From a virus (taxonomy: Duplodnaviria > Caudoviricetes), in the IMG/VR virus record IMGVR_UViG_3300032227_000993: DNA of 64,000 nt. One strand, 5' to 3'. Position numbers and translations under genes: made by a program. Shown in pieces: positions 17,845 through 27,681 of this stretch (position 1 is the stretch's first letter; each line of letters starts with the position of its first letter). Below the pieces are notes generated by a model that saw nothing but the letters and a program-made list of their open reading frames with translations, did not search any database and was not told the origin of the DNA.

Positions 17845-17888
17845 GTAAAAAGGCAAAGTGTTTTTACCTTTTCACTGTGTATATTTAT

Positions 17889-20510
17889 CTATTTTGTTAC
17901 GCCTGCTAAGAATTTAATACGATCCATCATGTCCGCATCTTGTGGCTCAACTGCTTGTAACTTGCCTGAGTGTCCGTATTGTCCTGTTAGGGCTGTACTT
18001 TCTTCTAGTTCATCTTTGTGTTTACCAATTTCACTTGGATCAGATGAGTCAATAACTTTGCCTGTTGCAGGATCAGTTTTACGGTAGCCGCCGCCCATTT
18101 TTACTTTGGCACGTTTAGTAGGAACCATCTTCTTAGTAATAGGATCGTAAACCATATTACCTTCTTCCAACCAGTTACCGCCACCAACTGTTTCAGCAAT
18201 GCCGTAGTCATCTTCTAAGTCCATCTTAATAATGCCTAATACTTTTTCAATATCTAATTCGTGGCGTAATTCTGGACGCTCTTTAGTAAGTTGCTCTACA
18301 CGATCGTGAATTTGATCACTAACAAATTTTTCTACGTTTGATTTTGGATTGGCATAGATATCATAGATGTCTACGTTGCCGCGAGCAATTTCTTGTAGTG
18401 TTAAATCTACTTCACTCATTCCGCCTTCTTCCAAGCGGTCTACTGCTTTGGCGATACCCTTGCTACGCAAATATGATTTGTGGTCATCGTCATAGCCATC
18501 ATCCTCAACCCCAGGATTATGGGCCTGTGCTAACTTGTCTGCGGCACGGCTAGCTAAATTGCTTGCTGAATTTTTATGGCTTGAACTACCAGCTCGTTTA
18601 ATGTAGCTCTTTAGGGTGTCTGGGCTAAGTTCGTCGACTTGCTCTTCAGCAAATGCTTCCGGTGGATTTTCTTTAAGCATACGCTCAACTTCATTAATCC
18701 AACCACTGACATCGCTTGAACCAATTTCATCTACATCACCTACATAGTCAGCAACATTGTCAATCGCGGCCATAACTGACTGTGGGCCATACGTTGCTAA
18801 TAAATCTGAACGTTGCATCATAATACGACGGGTAATAGCTGCAGCTACTGGACTATCTTCTTCGTTTAGGCCAGCAATTTGCTTGGCTTTGTTTAGTTCT
18901 TGACCTGTCATGTTAGTGACTTCGCCGCGTGGGTCTACTGGTTTGCCATTGACTCGTTTAACTTTTTCCCAGTCACCTTCGTGACTCCAAGCTTCAGGTT
19001 TGCCATCTGGTCCTAATTTAACTGTATCGCTGGCTTCAGTGAATTCTTCTAAGTGGCCTGCGTCTTGGCTGCCAACTGGGTTAGCAGCATAGATTGCTTT
19101 GATTTGACGGTCTAATTCTTCTGCTTTTGATGTGTTGCCAACTGCTCGAGCAAACATACGTAAATTTTCCAAACGGTCAAGACGCTCCTGGTCTTTAAAC
19201 ATTACATCGCCGGCACTTTCACGCAACTGTTCTTGAACTGGTTGTTCTGCTGGTGCTGGATTACTTGCTGTTTTTAATTGTCCAATTACTTGCGCAATCG
19301 CCGAATTATTTTTTAATTCTTCAAGACGATTAAGAATAACAGTACGAGCATCAGCATTGGCATCTTGTTGAGCTAACTCGCCCAATTGATCAAATAATTT
19401 ATCATCACCAAATACATCATACAACTGTTCTGTTACGTCACCGGCATCAGGACCCACAGGTAATTCGTTAGATAATAGCGCAACTAATTTTTGTTGCTTT
19501 TCTTCAGTATCGGGAACAGCCCATGTGCCTTCAATAATAAGGTCCATCATACCTTCAAATACGTTGATTTCTTTCATAGCGGTTTCCTGTTTTAGTCTTG
19601 CTAGTAGTGGTAATGCTTGTTCAATGCGACTGTCAATGTTTTGTTCAATAAACATATGACGTAAGTCTTCAATAATAACATCTTCGTCACTTAATTCTGC
19701 TGGATTCCAATTTTCAAAATATTTTTTGTATCCAGTTTTGTTAGACAAACTTTTAAGAGTCTGATGTAAATTGGTGTAGTGCTCAGTGGCCTGCTCGACC
19801 AACTGTGCTGTTTCACCTTCAAAGATTCTGCCCTGGTTGGCACGTTTAAAACGAGCAAGCAAGGCCATTTCTTCAACAATAGTGGCAATATGTTGTCCGC
19901 GAGCGTCATAAGGACGTCCGCCTTGTCGAACGTGTTCTAACATTGCTTTGCCTGCTGACAATGATTTAAATGGCATTTTGTAACGTTCGCCATCTGTTGT
20001 TTCAATAAACAAACTTTCAATGTAGCGGAAGCGAGCATCTTGCTCACCTAAATTCTTTTTGTGCTTGATCATCAAGCGAGCTTGTGTAGCATCAGCGTTG
20101 TATGATACATCACGTTTGCCGGCCCAAGATTCAAATATGCCTTCTTTGATAGCAGCTTGACCTTGCATACTGTATTTTAATTTGTTTAAATTTTGTAAAC
20201 TAAATGAAAGTAAATTGCGTTTGGAAAATTGGCGTAACTGATACAAGAAATCAAACCATTCTTTTTTATCGTCGCCTTCCATGCTTTTGCCTACGTTGTC
20301 GCCAAAATACACACACATATCATTTCCGTCGCCCAGCAGAATTGCTACGGTGCCATAATCTTTACCAGATTCGCCTGTGTAATCAAATGAAAATACAGTG
20401 GCCTCGTCTGGTGTGGGCGCTGGTCTACCTGATGCGTCAAGAGCTTCGGGGTTAAAATTTCTAGTAATTAACAGGTCATTTAACTGTTTGCCTGGTGAGG
20501 TTTGTGCCAT
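17889..20510 (-). CDS. large putative virion (internal head) protein, 873 aa
   Basis: Acidic, modular, many [LIVM]-x-E sites; TAAATA 7 nt upstream; adjacent to terminase. Confidence 0.55.
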   Translation of the reverse strand: MAQTSPGKQLNDLLITRNFNPEALDASGRPAPTPDEATVFSFDYTGESGKDYGTVAILLGDGNDMCVYFGDNVGKSMEGDDKKEWFDFLYQLRQFSKRNLLSFSLQNLNKLKYSMQGQAAIKEGIFESWAGKRDVSYNADATQARLMIKHKKNLGEQDARFRYIESLFIETTDGERYKMPFKSLSAGKAMLEHVRQGGRPYDARGQHIATIVEEMALLARFKRANQGRIFEGETAQLVEQATEHYTNLHQTLKSLSNKTGYKKYFENWNPAELSDEDVIIEDLRHMFIEQNIDSRIEQALPLLARLKQETAMKEINVFEGMMDLIIEGTWAVPDTEEKQQKLVALLSNELPVGPDAGDVTEQLYDVFGDDKLFDQLGELAQQDANADARTVILNRLEELKNNSAIAQVIGQLKTASNPAPAEQPVQEQLRESAGDVMFKDQERLDRLENLRMFARAVGNTSKAEELDRQIKAIYAANPVGSQDAGHLEEFTEASDTVKLGPDGKPEAWSHEGDWEKVKRVNGKPVDPRGEVTNMTGQELNKAKQIAGLNEEDSPVAAAITRRIMMQRSDLLATYGPQSVMAAIDNVADYVGDVDEIGSSDVSGWINEVERMLKENPPEAFAEEQVDELSPDTLKSYIKRAGSSSHKNSASNLASRAADKLAQAHNPGVEDDGYDDDHKSYLRSKGIAKAVDRLEEGGMSEVDLTLQEIARGNVDIYDIYANPKSNVEKFVSDQIHDRVEQLTKERPELRHELDIEKVLGIIKMDLEDDYGIAETVGGGNWLEEGNMVYDPITKKMVPTKRAKVKMGGGYRKTDPATGKVIDSSDPSEIGKHKDELEESTALTGQYGHSGKLQAVEPQDADMMDRIKFLAGVTK

Positions 20511-20525
20511 AGTTTATTATTTATG

Positions 20526-22088
20526 CTAATACATCGTAGATATGAATGGTAGTGGCGGTGTAATACTTTCGCCAAAATCTCGCATTTGCGTATCCATAGC
20601 AGGGTGATATGTCATAAGCAGTTGCATCATGCGAACTGCTAGGATAGTGGCCATAACTAAGTCGTCAGTTTCGCCTGGTTTTGCGGCAAAACTTAGTCCG
20701 TGTGCTACAAATGTTTTTAACTCTGAAACCAACGGAATACTGTGAATTTTCATTTTGTTGGTTTCTACCAATGTTTTTAATTTTGAGCAGGCAGTTAATT
20801 TATTTTTAGGGCTGGTATTGAAACCTTTGCGGTAGCGGCCGGCTCCGCGTGTAGGATCTGACAAAAAATAGCCTTGTATGTTTTCTTCTCCGTATTGGTC
20901 AATACAGATAAGTGCTGCTTCTCCAATGGTATTATTTTCTACTGAGTAGTAAATTGATTCAGTGTCGTTAACAAAAGTGTTGAGGTATTTGCAGATATCA
21001 GCAAGTATTCGTATTTGTTCAGGAATAGGTGTTTTGTTATGTTTCCATTCCCCTATTTGTGTAGTAGTATTGGCTTCAAAAATTTGTATTGCTGATGGGT
21101 CGCCACCGGTGCCAAGACTTGGATCAAGAGCTACACAGTACATCATACCAGGTTTAGGTTCTTGATACCAACGAACTTGTGCTGTGCGATGTGTAGGCTC
21201 CATTCCTTCTAACTCTATTAATTTTGCTGGGGCAATCAGTGTCTCATCAGCAATAATAAATTCACAGCCCATTTCTCGGCGGAATCGATCTTCGCCAAGT
21301 TGAGCACGTTGTTCAGCGGCCCAGGCTTCATCGCGGTCAGGATGTTCTTGCCAGTAGCTACGGAAAGCACGGAATCCGTTAACTCCTACTTCTTGTGGAT
21401 TGCCGTGGCTATCTTCCATCTTGTTTGCGCCTTTCCATAACAGCGCAAATTGATCTTCGTCTGAGTTAGGTGTACTGGTGATAATACATTTACCACCAGT
21501 TGCCAAGGTAGGGCTTATTGAAGTCCAAAATTCTTGAGCCACGTTGGGGCGCACAAAGGCAAACTCGTCAGCGTATAGTAATGATAAACTCATACCGCGG
21601 CCGGTGTTTTCTGTTGTAGTAGCACTTACAATGCGGCTGCCGTTGTCAAAGTCCAGGCTTAACTTGTTGTAGCTTGTACACCCAGCTCGAATATGATCAG
21701 GGCACATTTCATAAGCGTAGCGTACTCGAGCCATGATTTCTTGCGAGCCTGTGTGTTTGTGTGCCGCTACAAGAATAGTACTGTCAGGAGTAAACATGGC
21801 ATACCATAACAAGTAACCAGCGGCGCTAGTACTCTTGCCTGTTTGGCGTGGCATCATTGAGATGCTGTAGCGGTAGTTATGATATGTATCAATCAAACGA
21901 GTTTGGTACTCGTAAGGCCTGTACTTTAGCTTTCCTTTGACTGGATGCTGAATGTAGAAAAAATGACGCAAAAAATACTCTGGGCCTGTGACAGGGTCTG
22001 CGCATTTGGCAAACTCAGCAGCCTGCTTAGAGGTCCAGGTCTCTTTTTTGTAGGGAGTTTTAACTAGGTTTTGTTCATCCAATGGCAT
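20526..22088 (-). CDS. terminase large subunit (T4 gp17-like)
   Basis: RQTGKST, LLYADEFAF, IITSTPN, ALDPSLG, TDDLVMA. Confidence 0.95.
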   Translation of the reverse strand: MPLDEQNLVKTPYKKETWTSKQAAEFAKCADPVTGPEYFLRHFFYIQHPVKGKLKYRPYEYQTRLIDTYHNYRYSISMMPRQTGKSTSAAGYLLWYAMFTPDSTILVAAHKHTGSQEIMARVRYAYEMCPDHIRAGCTSYNKLSLDFDNGSRIVSATTTENTGRGMSLSLLYADEFAFVRPNVAQEFWTSISPTLATGGKCIITSTPNSDEDQFALLWKGANKMEDSHGNPQEVGVNGFRAFRSYWQEHPDRDEAWAAEQRAQLGEDRFRREMGCEFIIADETLIAPAKLIELEGMEPTHRTAQVRWYQEPKPGMMYCVALDPSLGTGGDPSAIQIFEANTTTQIGEWKHNKTPIPEQIRILADICKYLNTFVNDTESIYYSVENNTIGEAALICIDQYGEENIQGYFLSDPTRGAGRYRKGFNTSPKNKLTACSKLKTLVETNKMKIHSIPLVSELKTFVAHGLSFAAKPGETDDLVMATILAVRMMQLLMTYHPAMDTQMRDFGESITPPLPFISTMY

Positions 22089-22106
22089 ACTAATACTTAG
22101 TATTTT

Positions 22107-22808
22107 TTACTGCCCTAAGTTGAATTTCATTCCAGTGGCTTGTTCTACCGCCGTTACAGTAGATTGATACTTGGGCAAGTCTTCTACAGGTAGAGGAGCA
22201 TTTGGCATCAAGTATGCTGTGACAATTTTTGTATTTTTATCAATGATGATTTTGTACAAGTGTGTTGGCACACCTACGCCATTGCCAATTGTTTTGTATC
22301 CCGGAGCAAAGATTCCACCTGAGATAATGTAAAAGTCGCCACCTTTGAGAACCCAAAAGCGTTCCCAGGTTTCTAACTGCTTCCAGATACCACGGTTGTT
22401 GTTGGGCACTTGTGCTACCATGTTGCTGAGGAAGAAGCTTTCACTCATAGCCTGTGCTGTGTGTGTAAAATTACCAGCCGGAGCCATGTGTCCACGGTCA
22501 TAAGGTTGACCCGCAAAGTCACTTAGTTGTGCTTGGCAATGTGGAAATACCTGTGGATCTGGACGGAAGTCGTCCCTGCGTTTGTTGACACCGTTGATCA
22601 TTTCTGGTCTCACGTGCTCAAATACTGCTATAGGTGCCTTGACGCCGCATCGGTGAATGATAGCATAGTTACTCTTACATAGCTCTTGATCACCAGGCTG
22701 TGCTTGATATTGCGGTGTGCCGTTGACTGTGAACTGTGGGCATTGCTGATTGATTTGTGCTAGTACCGCAAGTGGAACAAATAATAATACTGCTAATAAT
22801 CTTTTCAT
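22107..22808 (-). CDS. DNA/RNA non-specific endonuclease (NucA/Serratia family) with signal peptide
   Basis: DRGHMAP active site, SESFFLSNM, NRGIWKQLE; N-terminus MKRLLAVLLFVPLAVLA-Q. Confidence 0.9.
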   Translation of the reverse strand: MKRLLAVLLFVPLAVLAQINQQCPQFTVNGTPQYQAQPGDQELCKSNYAIIHRCGVKAPIAVFEHVRPEMINGVNKRRDDFRPDPQVFPHCQAQLSDFAGQPYDRGHMAPAGNFTHTAQAMSESFFLSNMVAQVPNNNRGIWKQLETWERFWVLKGGDFYIISGGIFAPGYKTIGNGVGVPTHLYKIIIDKNTKIVTAYLMPNAPLPVEDLPKYQSTVTAVEQATGMKFNLGQ

Positions 22809-23182
22809 CTTGGATAGCCTTTGAATCCTTTGACTGGGCTATTTTTGTCAGTATTTTTTGGTTCTTCGCTGTTATGTGTGCTAATAGCTACTTTGCCGCC
22901 GCGATTCATCAGGGCAAGACCTGCGTCAAGTGCTTGTTCGTCGGCTGGTGTGTAACATACTACGGTTAAGTCGCGGCCAAATGCCGACTCTGGATCAAAC
23001 TCGGATGGCTCGCCAGTGGCTTTGTTGTGTTTTGCTGCGGCCATACTTACTCCAAATCGATATTGCATATATGCGTCTTGATTAGGAAATCCTGGCAATT
23101 TAAATGTTGCTGGTAGTGTGTCAGCGACATCTGCGTTAATTTTTCCAGAAGCGGATTCGCCAATAAATTCTTTTGCTCTCAT
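22805..23182 (-). CDS. hypothetical protein (tandem paralogue A; probable head protein)
   Basis: MRAKEFIGES... ...SPVKGFKGYPR. Confidence 0.75.
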   Translation of the reverse strand: MRAKEFIGESASGKINADVADTLPATFKLPGFPNQDAYMQYRFGVSMAAAKHNKATGEPSEFDPESAFGRDLTVVCYTPADEQALDAGLALMNRGGKVAISTHNSEEPKNTDKNSPVKGFKGYPR

Positions 23183-23550
23183 CTTGGATAGCCTTTAAAA
23201 CTTTTTACTGGACTAGTTTTGTTTGTTGATTCTACTTCTTTACTTTTTAAATCACCGTGATTGAGATCTTCATAATCTGATCCTACGGCTTGAAATGCTT
23301 TTTCTAGCATGGCCTGTTCAACGTTGCTATAGGGCATGGCCACATTGTAACGACCAGACCAAGATTCGTTGTCCATGTCTGGAACAAATGTACCATCTGT
23401 AGAGGCCGCTGCCATCATGACGCGATTGAGTTCGTAAAATCTATCAGCTAGATCTGCATCTCTAAACTTGTTAAGCCCGACTGTGGCTTGGCTTTTTCGG
23501 TGACCAATTTTTCCAGCACGAGCCTCTATAACAAACTCTTTAGCTCTCAT
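23179..23550 (-). CDS. hypothetical protein (tandem paralogue B; probable head protein)
   Basis: MRAKEFVIEA... ...SPVKSFKGYPR. Confidence 0.75.
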   Translation of the reverse strand: MRAKEFVIEARAGKIGHRKSQATVGLNKFRDADLADRFYELNRVMMAAASTDGTFVPDMDNESWSGRYNVAMPYSNVEQAMLEKAFQAVGSDYEDLNHGDLKSKEVESTNKTSPVKSFKGYPR

Positions 23551-23552
23551 GA

Positions 23553-24050
23553 TTATGGGTTAAGTGCGTTAACACCAAATAGAGCAGAGCTTGCTGTGCC
23601 AATTTCCTGTGCTGTTGAATTACCACCAATGATGGTAAGTTTGTTGCCTGCGCCTACATAAATCTGTTCACGACTGTTGGCTGGAATAGCAGGAGCGGCA
23701 GAATAAATGTTGCCAACTGGCGCTGGAGTAATGGTTGCTGTTACTGTGCCATTGGCTGTGGCATTAGCACTAAGCGTAATGCTAGTACCAGGATTGTATG
23801 CTGATACTGTTGTATTGGCAGCAATGCCTGTGCCAGTGATAGCAGCACCAACCGGCACCGGAATAGTTCCAGAGGTTGTTGCTACAGCACTAGCATTAGT
23901 TGTAGTAATTGTAGTAGTATATGTGTAAGGCGGAAGTGCCACAGCATAAACATTGTATGTGACAGAATTACTTCCTGTTACAATTTCTGCTCGATCTGTG
24001 TACCAAGTAGCATTACTGATTGCTCCTGCTGTGACGTTAGCTTGACTCAT
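23553..24050 (-). CDS. Thr/Ala-rich putative virion protein
   Basis: ORF track; beta-rich composition. Confidence 0.6.
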   Translation of the reverse strand: MSQANVTAGAISNATWYTDRAEIVTGSNSVTYNVYAVALPPYTYTTTITTTNASAVATTSGTIPVPVGAAITGTGIAANTTVSAYNPGTSITLSANATANGTVTATITPAPVGNIYSAAPAIPANSREQIYVGAGNKLTIIGGNSTAQEIGTASSALFGVNALNP

Positions 24051-24062
24051 TTACTTTAATCC

Positions 24063-26513
24063 TTATTTTGTTTTGAATGTTTTGTACAGGTTCAAGAATG
24101 AATCAAACGACTCTTCCATAGTGTGTAGACGATCTTCTTGTGAAGCAACTACCGGAATAGTTGTTTGACCAGTTGATTTAGGACCATCTAGTCCGCCGCT
24201 GTATTGTAAAGCATCATCGCTTTCTTCTTGATTGGTAGGATAATCAGGACTGTTCTGTGATACTGGAGCATCTGCTTCATCAATTTCCATTTCCATTTTG
24301 CCTGGCAATCCAACTACCTCTGCTCCCAACTCGTCGCATTGGCACGGTGTTCCACCGCAGGTATGGCAAGAATCATCGTGTGCTGGTTCGACCATTGCGT
24401 CGCCGCCTTGGTGACCCAGGCCCATGGAAGCTAATACTTCTTTAAAGCGAGCAACATCATCACCTGTTACATTAATTGTGATAGACTCTTCTTCGTTGCC
24501 ATCTTCCATCTTGGTAGCTTCTTGTGATACATTTACTGACTCAGCTAATAATTTTTCAAATTGGCGATTCCAAGAATCATAGATTCCTTTGCCTATTTGA
24601 CTACCTTTGCTGGATTTAGGAGCATCTGTTGATGTGGCTACACTACCACTGGTAGTTGTTTCGTCAACTTTTTCTTCTTTGTCTTTGGCAGCTTTTTTCA
24701 TAGGCTCTTTTTTGTCGCCGTCTTTGTCCAAGTCAACAAAATCTGGTTTAGAATCTTCAGTCTTTTTAGATTTCTTTTCAGACTTTTCTTCTGTCTTGTC
24801 TTCTTTGCCTTTGGTAACAGCGCCAACTACTTTGGCTACTTGTTTAGCGGCAGGAGCCAGCTTGTCAAAAAACTTACGCTTACCGGCTTCGGCTTTTTCG
24901 TCAACCATTTCTTCGCCTTCTTCTTGAACACGGCCGCCTTTGTGCTTGTATGCTTTGGCTGTTACACGTTCTGGAGCTTTTTCTTTAGATGGACGACCGC
25001 GACCGCGTTTGACTGCTGGCTCGCTGCCTTCTTCGTCATCGCCGGCAAATGTTTCTGGCTTGCGTGTGTATACTGTACCTGTGCTTACCTTGCGACTGTC
25101 AAATTTGCCAGTACCTTTTTCTTTTTCGCGTTGAGCTAACCAACGATCCATGTCAGCAAAACCTTCATCTACTTCTTTGCCAGCACGTAAGGCTGCCAAG
25201 TCGTCTGAGCCAATTTTGCCATCGCCATCAACGTCTAACTTGTGTTGTCCGCCTTTGAGCTCTTCCCACATGGCACACTCTTCTAAATCAACATCGCAGG
25301 CTTGCGCAAAGCGACGGATATCAAAACGTGGATTCTGTTGTTTGAAGATACTGGCGTGATGCATTGCCAACTCTCTGCGTTTTTCAGGGTCAGGAATATT
25401 ACACAGCAAGTCGGCCACTTGTTGGAAGTGCTTGCGACTTACTGTTTCTTCAAGACTACTTGTGTCTTTGTACTCTTGGCCATCTAATTCAAACTCGCCA
25501 CCCTTGGGTGTGCTGGCCAACTTGCCAGTAAATGCGTTGCCTTCAAATTCCATACCGTTCTTTGCGTCCGGACGGCCTGTGCCAGCATTGTAAGGCATGG
25601 CTACTGCGTCTTCTTTGGCTTGTTCTTTGTCGTGTGGTGCCAACTTACGATTCAAGTAGTCCATGATATCTTCATCTTCAGAATCTGCTTCTGTTTCGTA
25701 GTAGTCACGCTTGCCACGGAGGCGTTCCATTTTACCTGGAACTGGTACATTGCCTGGAATACCTTTACTTGGTGCTGGGGTATCACATTCCATTTCAGTT
25801 TCGTCCATTTTGTCATAGCGATTGCGAATCTGATCCATTTTATCTTTGCCAGCGTGTTCACGACCAGCTTGTTGTAAAGCCTTCATGCCTTCATCGCCAT
25901 ATTTCTTTTTACCAAGATAGGCTTGTAAAGCACTTTCTTCCATGCTGTCACACTTGCATGGTGAACAATCACAACTAGGGCACGTACCTTCGTTGGCAAT
26001 ACTTTCTTTAGCGGCACGTAGCTTTGCTAATACAGCGCCAGCAATACGCTGGCCCTTCTCACCGCCACCAGATGACTTGGCTATCTTGGCAAAGTTCTTG
26101 CCTGGCTTGCCAATGTCTTTGCCAGCGACTGCTTTCTTAGCAGAGTAATCAGTTTCACCAACCATAGTGCGAACTGAACCCTGTAATAGTTTACCGTCAA
26201 CGCGAATACCTTTGTCTGCGTATGCTTTGGCTTCTGCTTCGGTGTCAAAAGTTTTTACTGGTTTGCCGCCGTTGTGACCAACAATACAGACTCCATATTT
26301 TGTTTTTGTTTTCTCTTCTAAACTACCAGAGCCGGAAAAGTTCATTCCGCCTGTGCCATCTTCCATCAATGATTTAAGATCTGAGCTAAGTGCTTGCTCA
26401 AGAGTTTTTTGAGTTTGAGTTTTAGCAACTGCCTTCTCTACACTCTCGGTGATCTGTTTGTCGTCAGCACGGAGGCCGTTTAGTCGTTTGTTGAGGTCGT
26501 AAAAGAATGACAT
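24063..26513 (-). CDS. large charged putative internal head protein (816 aa) with EF-hand-like and AT-hook-like motifs
   Basis: DVDGDGKIGSDD, DLDKDGD, KRGRGRP; numerous x-x-E sites. Confidence 0.6.
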   Translation of the reverse strand: MSFFYDLNKRLNGLRADDKQITESVEKAVAKTQTQKTLEQALSSDLKSLMEDGTGGMNFSGSGSLEEKTKTKYGVCIVGHNGGKPVKTFDTEAEAKAYADKGIRVDGKLLQGSVRTMVGETDYSAKKAVAGKDIGKPGKNFAKIAKSSGGGEKGQRIAGAVLAKLRAAKESIANEGTCPSCDCSPCKCDSMEESALQAYLGKKKYGDEGMKALQQAGREHAGKDKMDQIRNRYDKMDETEMECDTPAPSKGIPGNVPVPGKMERLRGKRDYYETEADSEDEDIMDYLNRKLAPHDKEQAKEDAVAMPYNAGTGRPDAKNGMEFEGNAFTGKLASTPKGGEFELDGQEYKDTSSLEETVSRKHFQQVADLLCNIPDPEKRRELAMHHASIFKQQNPRFDIRRFAQACDVDLEECAMWEELKGGQHKLDVDGDGKIGSDDLAALRAGKEVDEGFADMDRWLAQREKEKGTGKFDSRKVSTGTVYTRKPETFAGDDEEGSEPAVKRGRGRPSKEKAPERVTAKAYKHKGGRVQEEGEEMVDEKAEAGKRKFFDKLAPAAKQVAKVVGAVTKGKEDKTEEKSEKKSKKTEDSKPDFVDLDKDGDKKEPMKKAAKDKEEKVDETTTSGSVATSTDAPKSSKGSQIGKGIYDSWNRQFEKLLAESVNVSQEATKMEDGNEEESITINVTGDDVARFKEVLASMGLGHQGGDAMVEPAHDDSCHTCGGTPCQCDELGAEVVGLPGKMEMEIDEADAPVSQNSPDYPTNQEESDDALQYSGGLDGPKSTGQTTIPVVASQEDRLHTMEESFDSFLNLYKTFKTK

Positions 26514-27130
26514 TATTGATAATTCCCTGATGGTTGTGCGCCAGTGGCTGGCTTGCGTGGACGCTTCTCTGCGTGAGTCATTGGGCTATCATCACCCATT
26601 GGTAATTGGTTTGTTGTTTCTGCTGGGCGGGTCTTGCCGCCAGCAATTTCAAAATTACTGCGATAAGAATTTTTTAGCACTGCATGATCATATGGATCAG
26701 CCGAGTAATCTTTAATCAATTCTTTTTGTTTAGCATCATCGGCCGGATATGGCGCTGTCAAAACTGGATCAGGCTGTGCTTCAAGTTTTTCTTGATACTC
26801 AGCATTGTTATCATCAAACACAGAAGTTTGCATGATAATTTTATTTTCATCAAAGCCTAACAGTCTAGCAATTTGTTTGATCTGTGGCTCAACGGCTGGA
26901 TAGCGTAACTTGACATCAAAGCTAGTGACTTTTTCATTTTCAAACGCTGGGAAGTCAGCTGGTTTGGCTTGAATGGGTGTTGATTTTTGATCTCCAACAG
27001 ATTCTGGATCGAACTGGGCAAGTCTGCTCTTAAGTTCATTGTAGAATCCAGCTGGAATATCGCCAACTATTTTGATGCGATAGTTGTATGTTCTTTCGCT
27101 CTCGGCGAGGTATGATCTAAAGTTTTTCAT
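26513..27130 (-). CDS. hypothetical late protein (MKNFRSYLAESE...)
   Basis: ORF track; TAAATA at 27150..27155. Confidence 0.7.
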   Translation of the reverse strand: MKNFRSYLAESERTYNYRIKIVGDIPAGFYNELKSRLAQFDPESVGDQKSTPIQAKPADFPAFENEKVTSFDVKLRYPAVEPQIKQIARLLGFDENKIIMQTSVFDDNNAEYQEKLEAQPDPVLTAPYPADDAKQKELIKDYSADPYDHAVLKNSYRSNFEIAGGKTRPAETTNQLPMGDDSPMTHAEKRPRKPATGAQPSGNYQ

Positions 27131-27157
27131 TTTACAATTCCCTATGTTGTATTTATG

Positions 27158-27673
27158 CTACTTGTCTTTTTCGTTGTTTTCGGGTTGTTGCTCGCGTGGG
27201 CCCAGTAACCGTTCTAACAAGTCATTGCGTGTTAGGATTGTGCCTTCTGCTGTGGGTATTTCGTCCAATTTGCCCTGAGTTTTAGCAGCATCTTGATCTA
27301 ACTTTAACTTTTTAAGTTGCAAGTCAATCATTTTTAATTTTTTGTTTAACTTGGTTGTTTTAGCTTGTAGGGCATGGCCCAACATAGTGCCTGCTACAGC
27401 AAACAGTTCAGAACTGAATCTACTGTCAACATTCATTCCTAAATCACTTAGATTTTGAAAACTTTCTTTTGCCAGTTCGGCTATTTCATCTAACTCTCGA
27501 TCAGAAGACTCTAAATCACGAATAGCAGGAAGTGCTTCGTCAATTTTGTCAATGGTGGCATCAATTTCAATAATGGCCGAACGAGTTTCTTCCTGTGTCA
27601 AGGTTTCACTAACAGATTCTGTGGTATTCTGTAATTGATCAAAGCCAAATAATTCTTCTAATTTGCGGGTCAT
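27158..27673 (-). CDS. probable terminase small subunit (gp16-like)
   Basis: Helical/coiled-coil 171 aa with LxDLGMNVDSRF...LQLKK...TRNDLL layout resembling gp16; packaging context. Confidence 0.45.
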   Translation of the reverse strand: MTRKLEELFGFDQLQNTTESVSETLTQEETRSAIIEIDATIDKIDEALPAIRDLESSDRELDEIAELAKESFQNLSDLGMNVDSRFSSELFAVAGTMLGHALQAKTTKLNKKLKMIDLQLKKLKLDQDAAKTQGKLDEIPTAEGTILTRNDLLERLLGPREQQPENNEKDK

Positions 27674-27681
27674 ACCGTTAT

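Noticed and set aside
17767-18087. 106-aa plus-strand ORF upstream of ssb
   Set aside because: It overlaps the ssb promoters and the end of the 873-aa gene in antisense, with non-protein-like composition.
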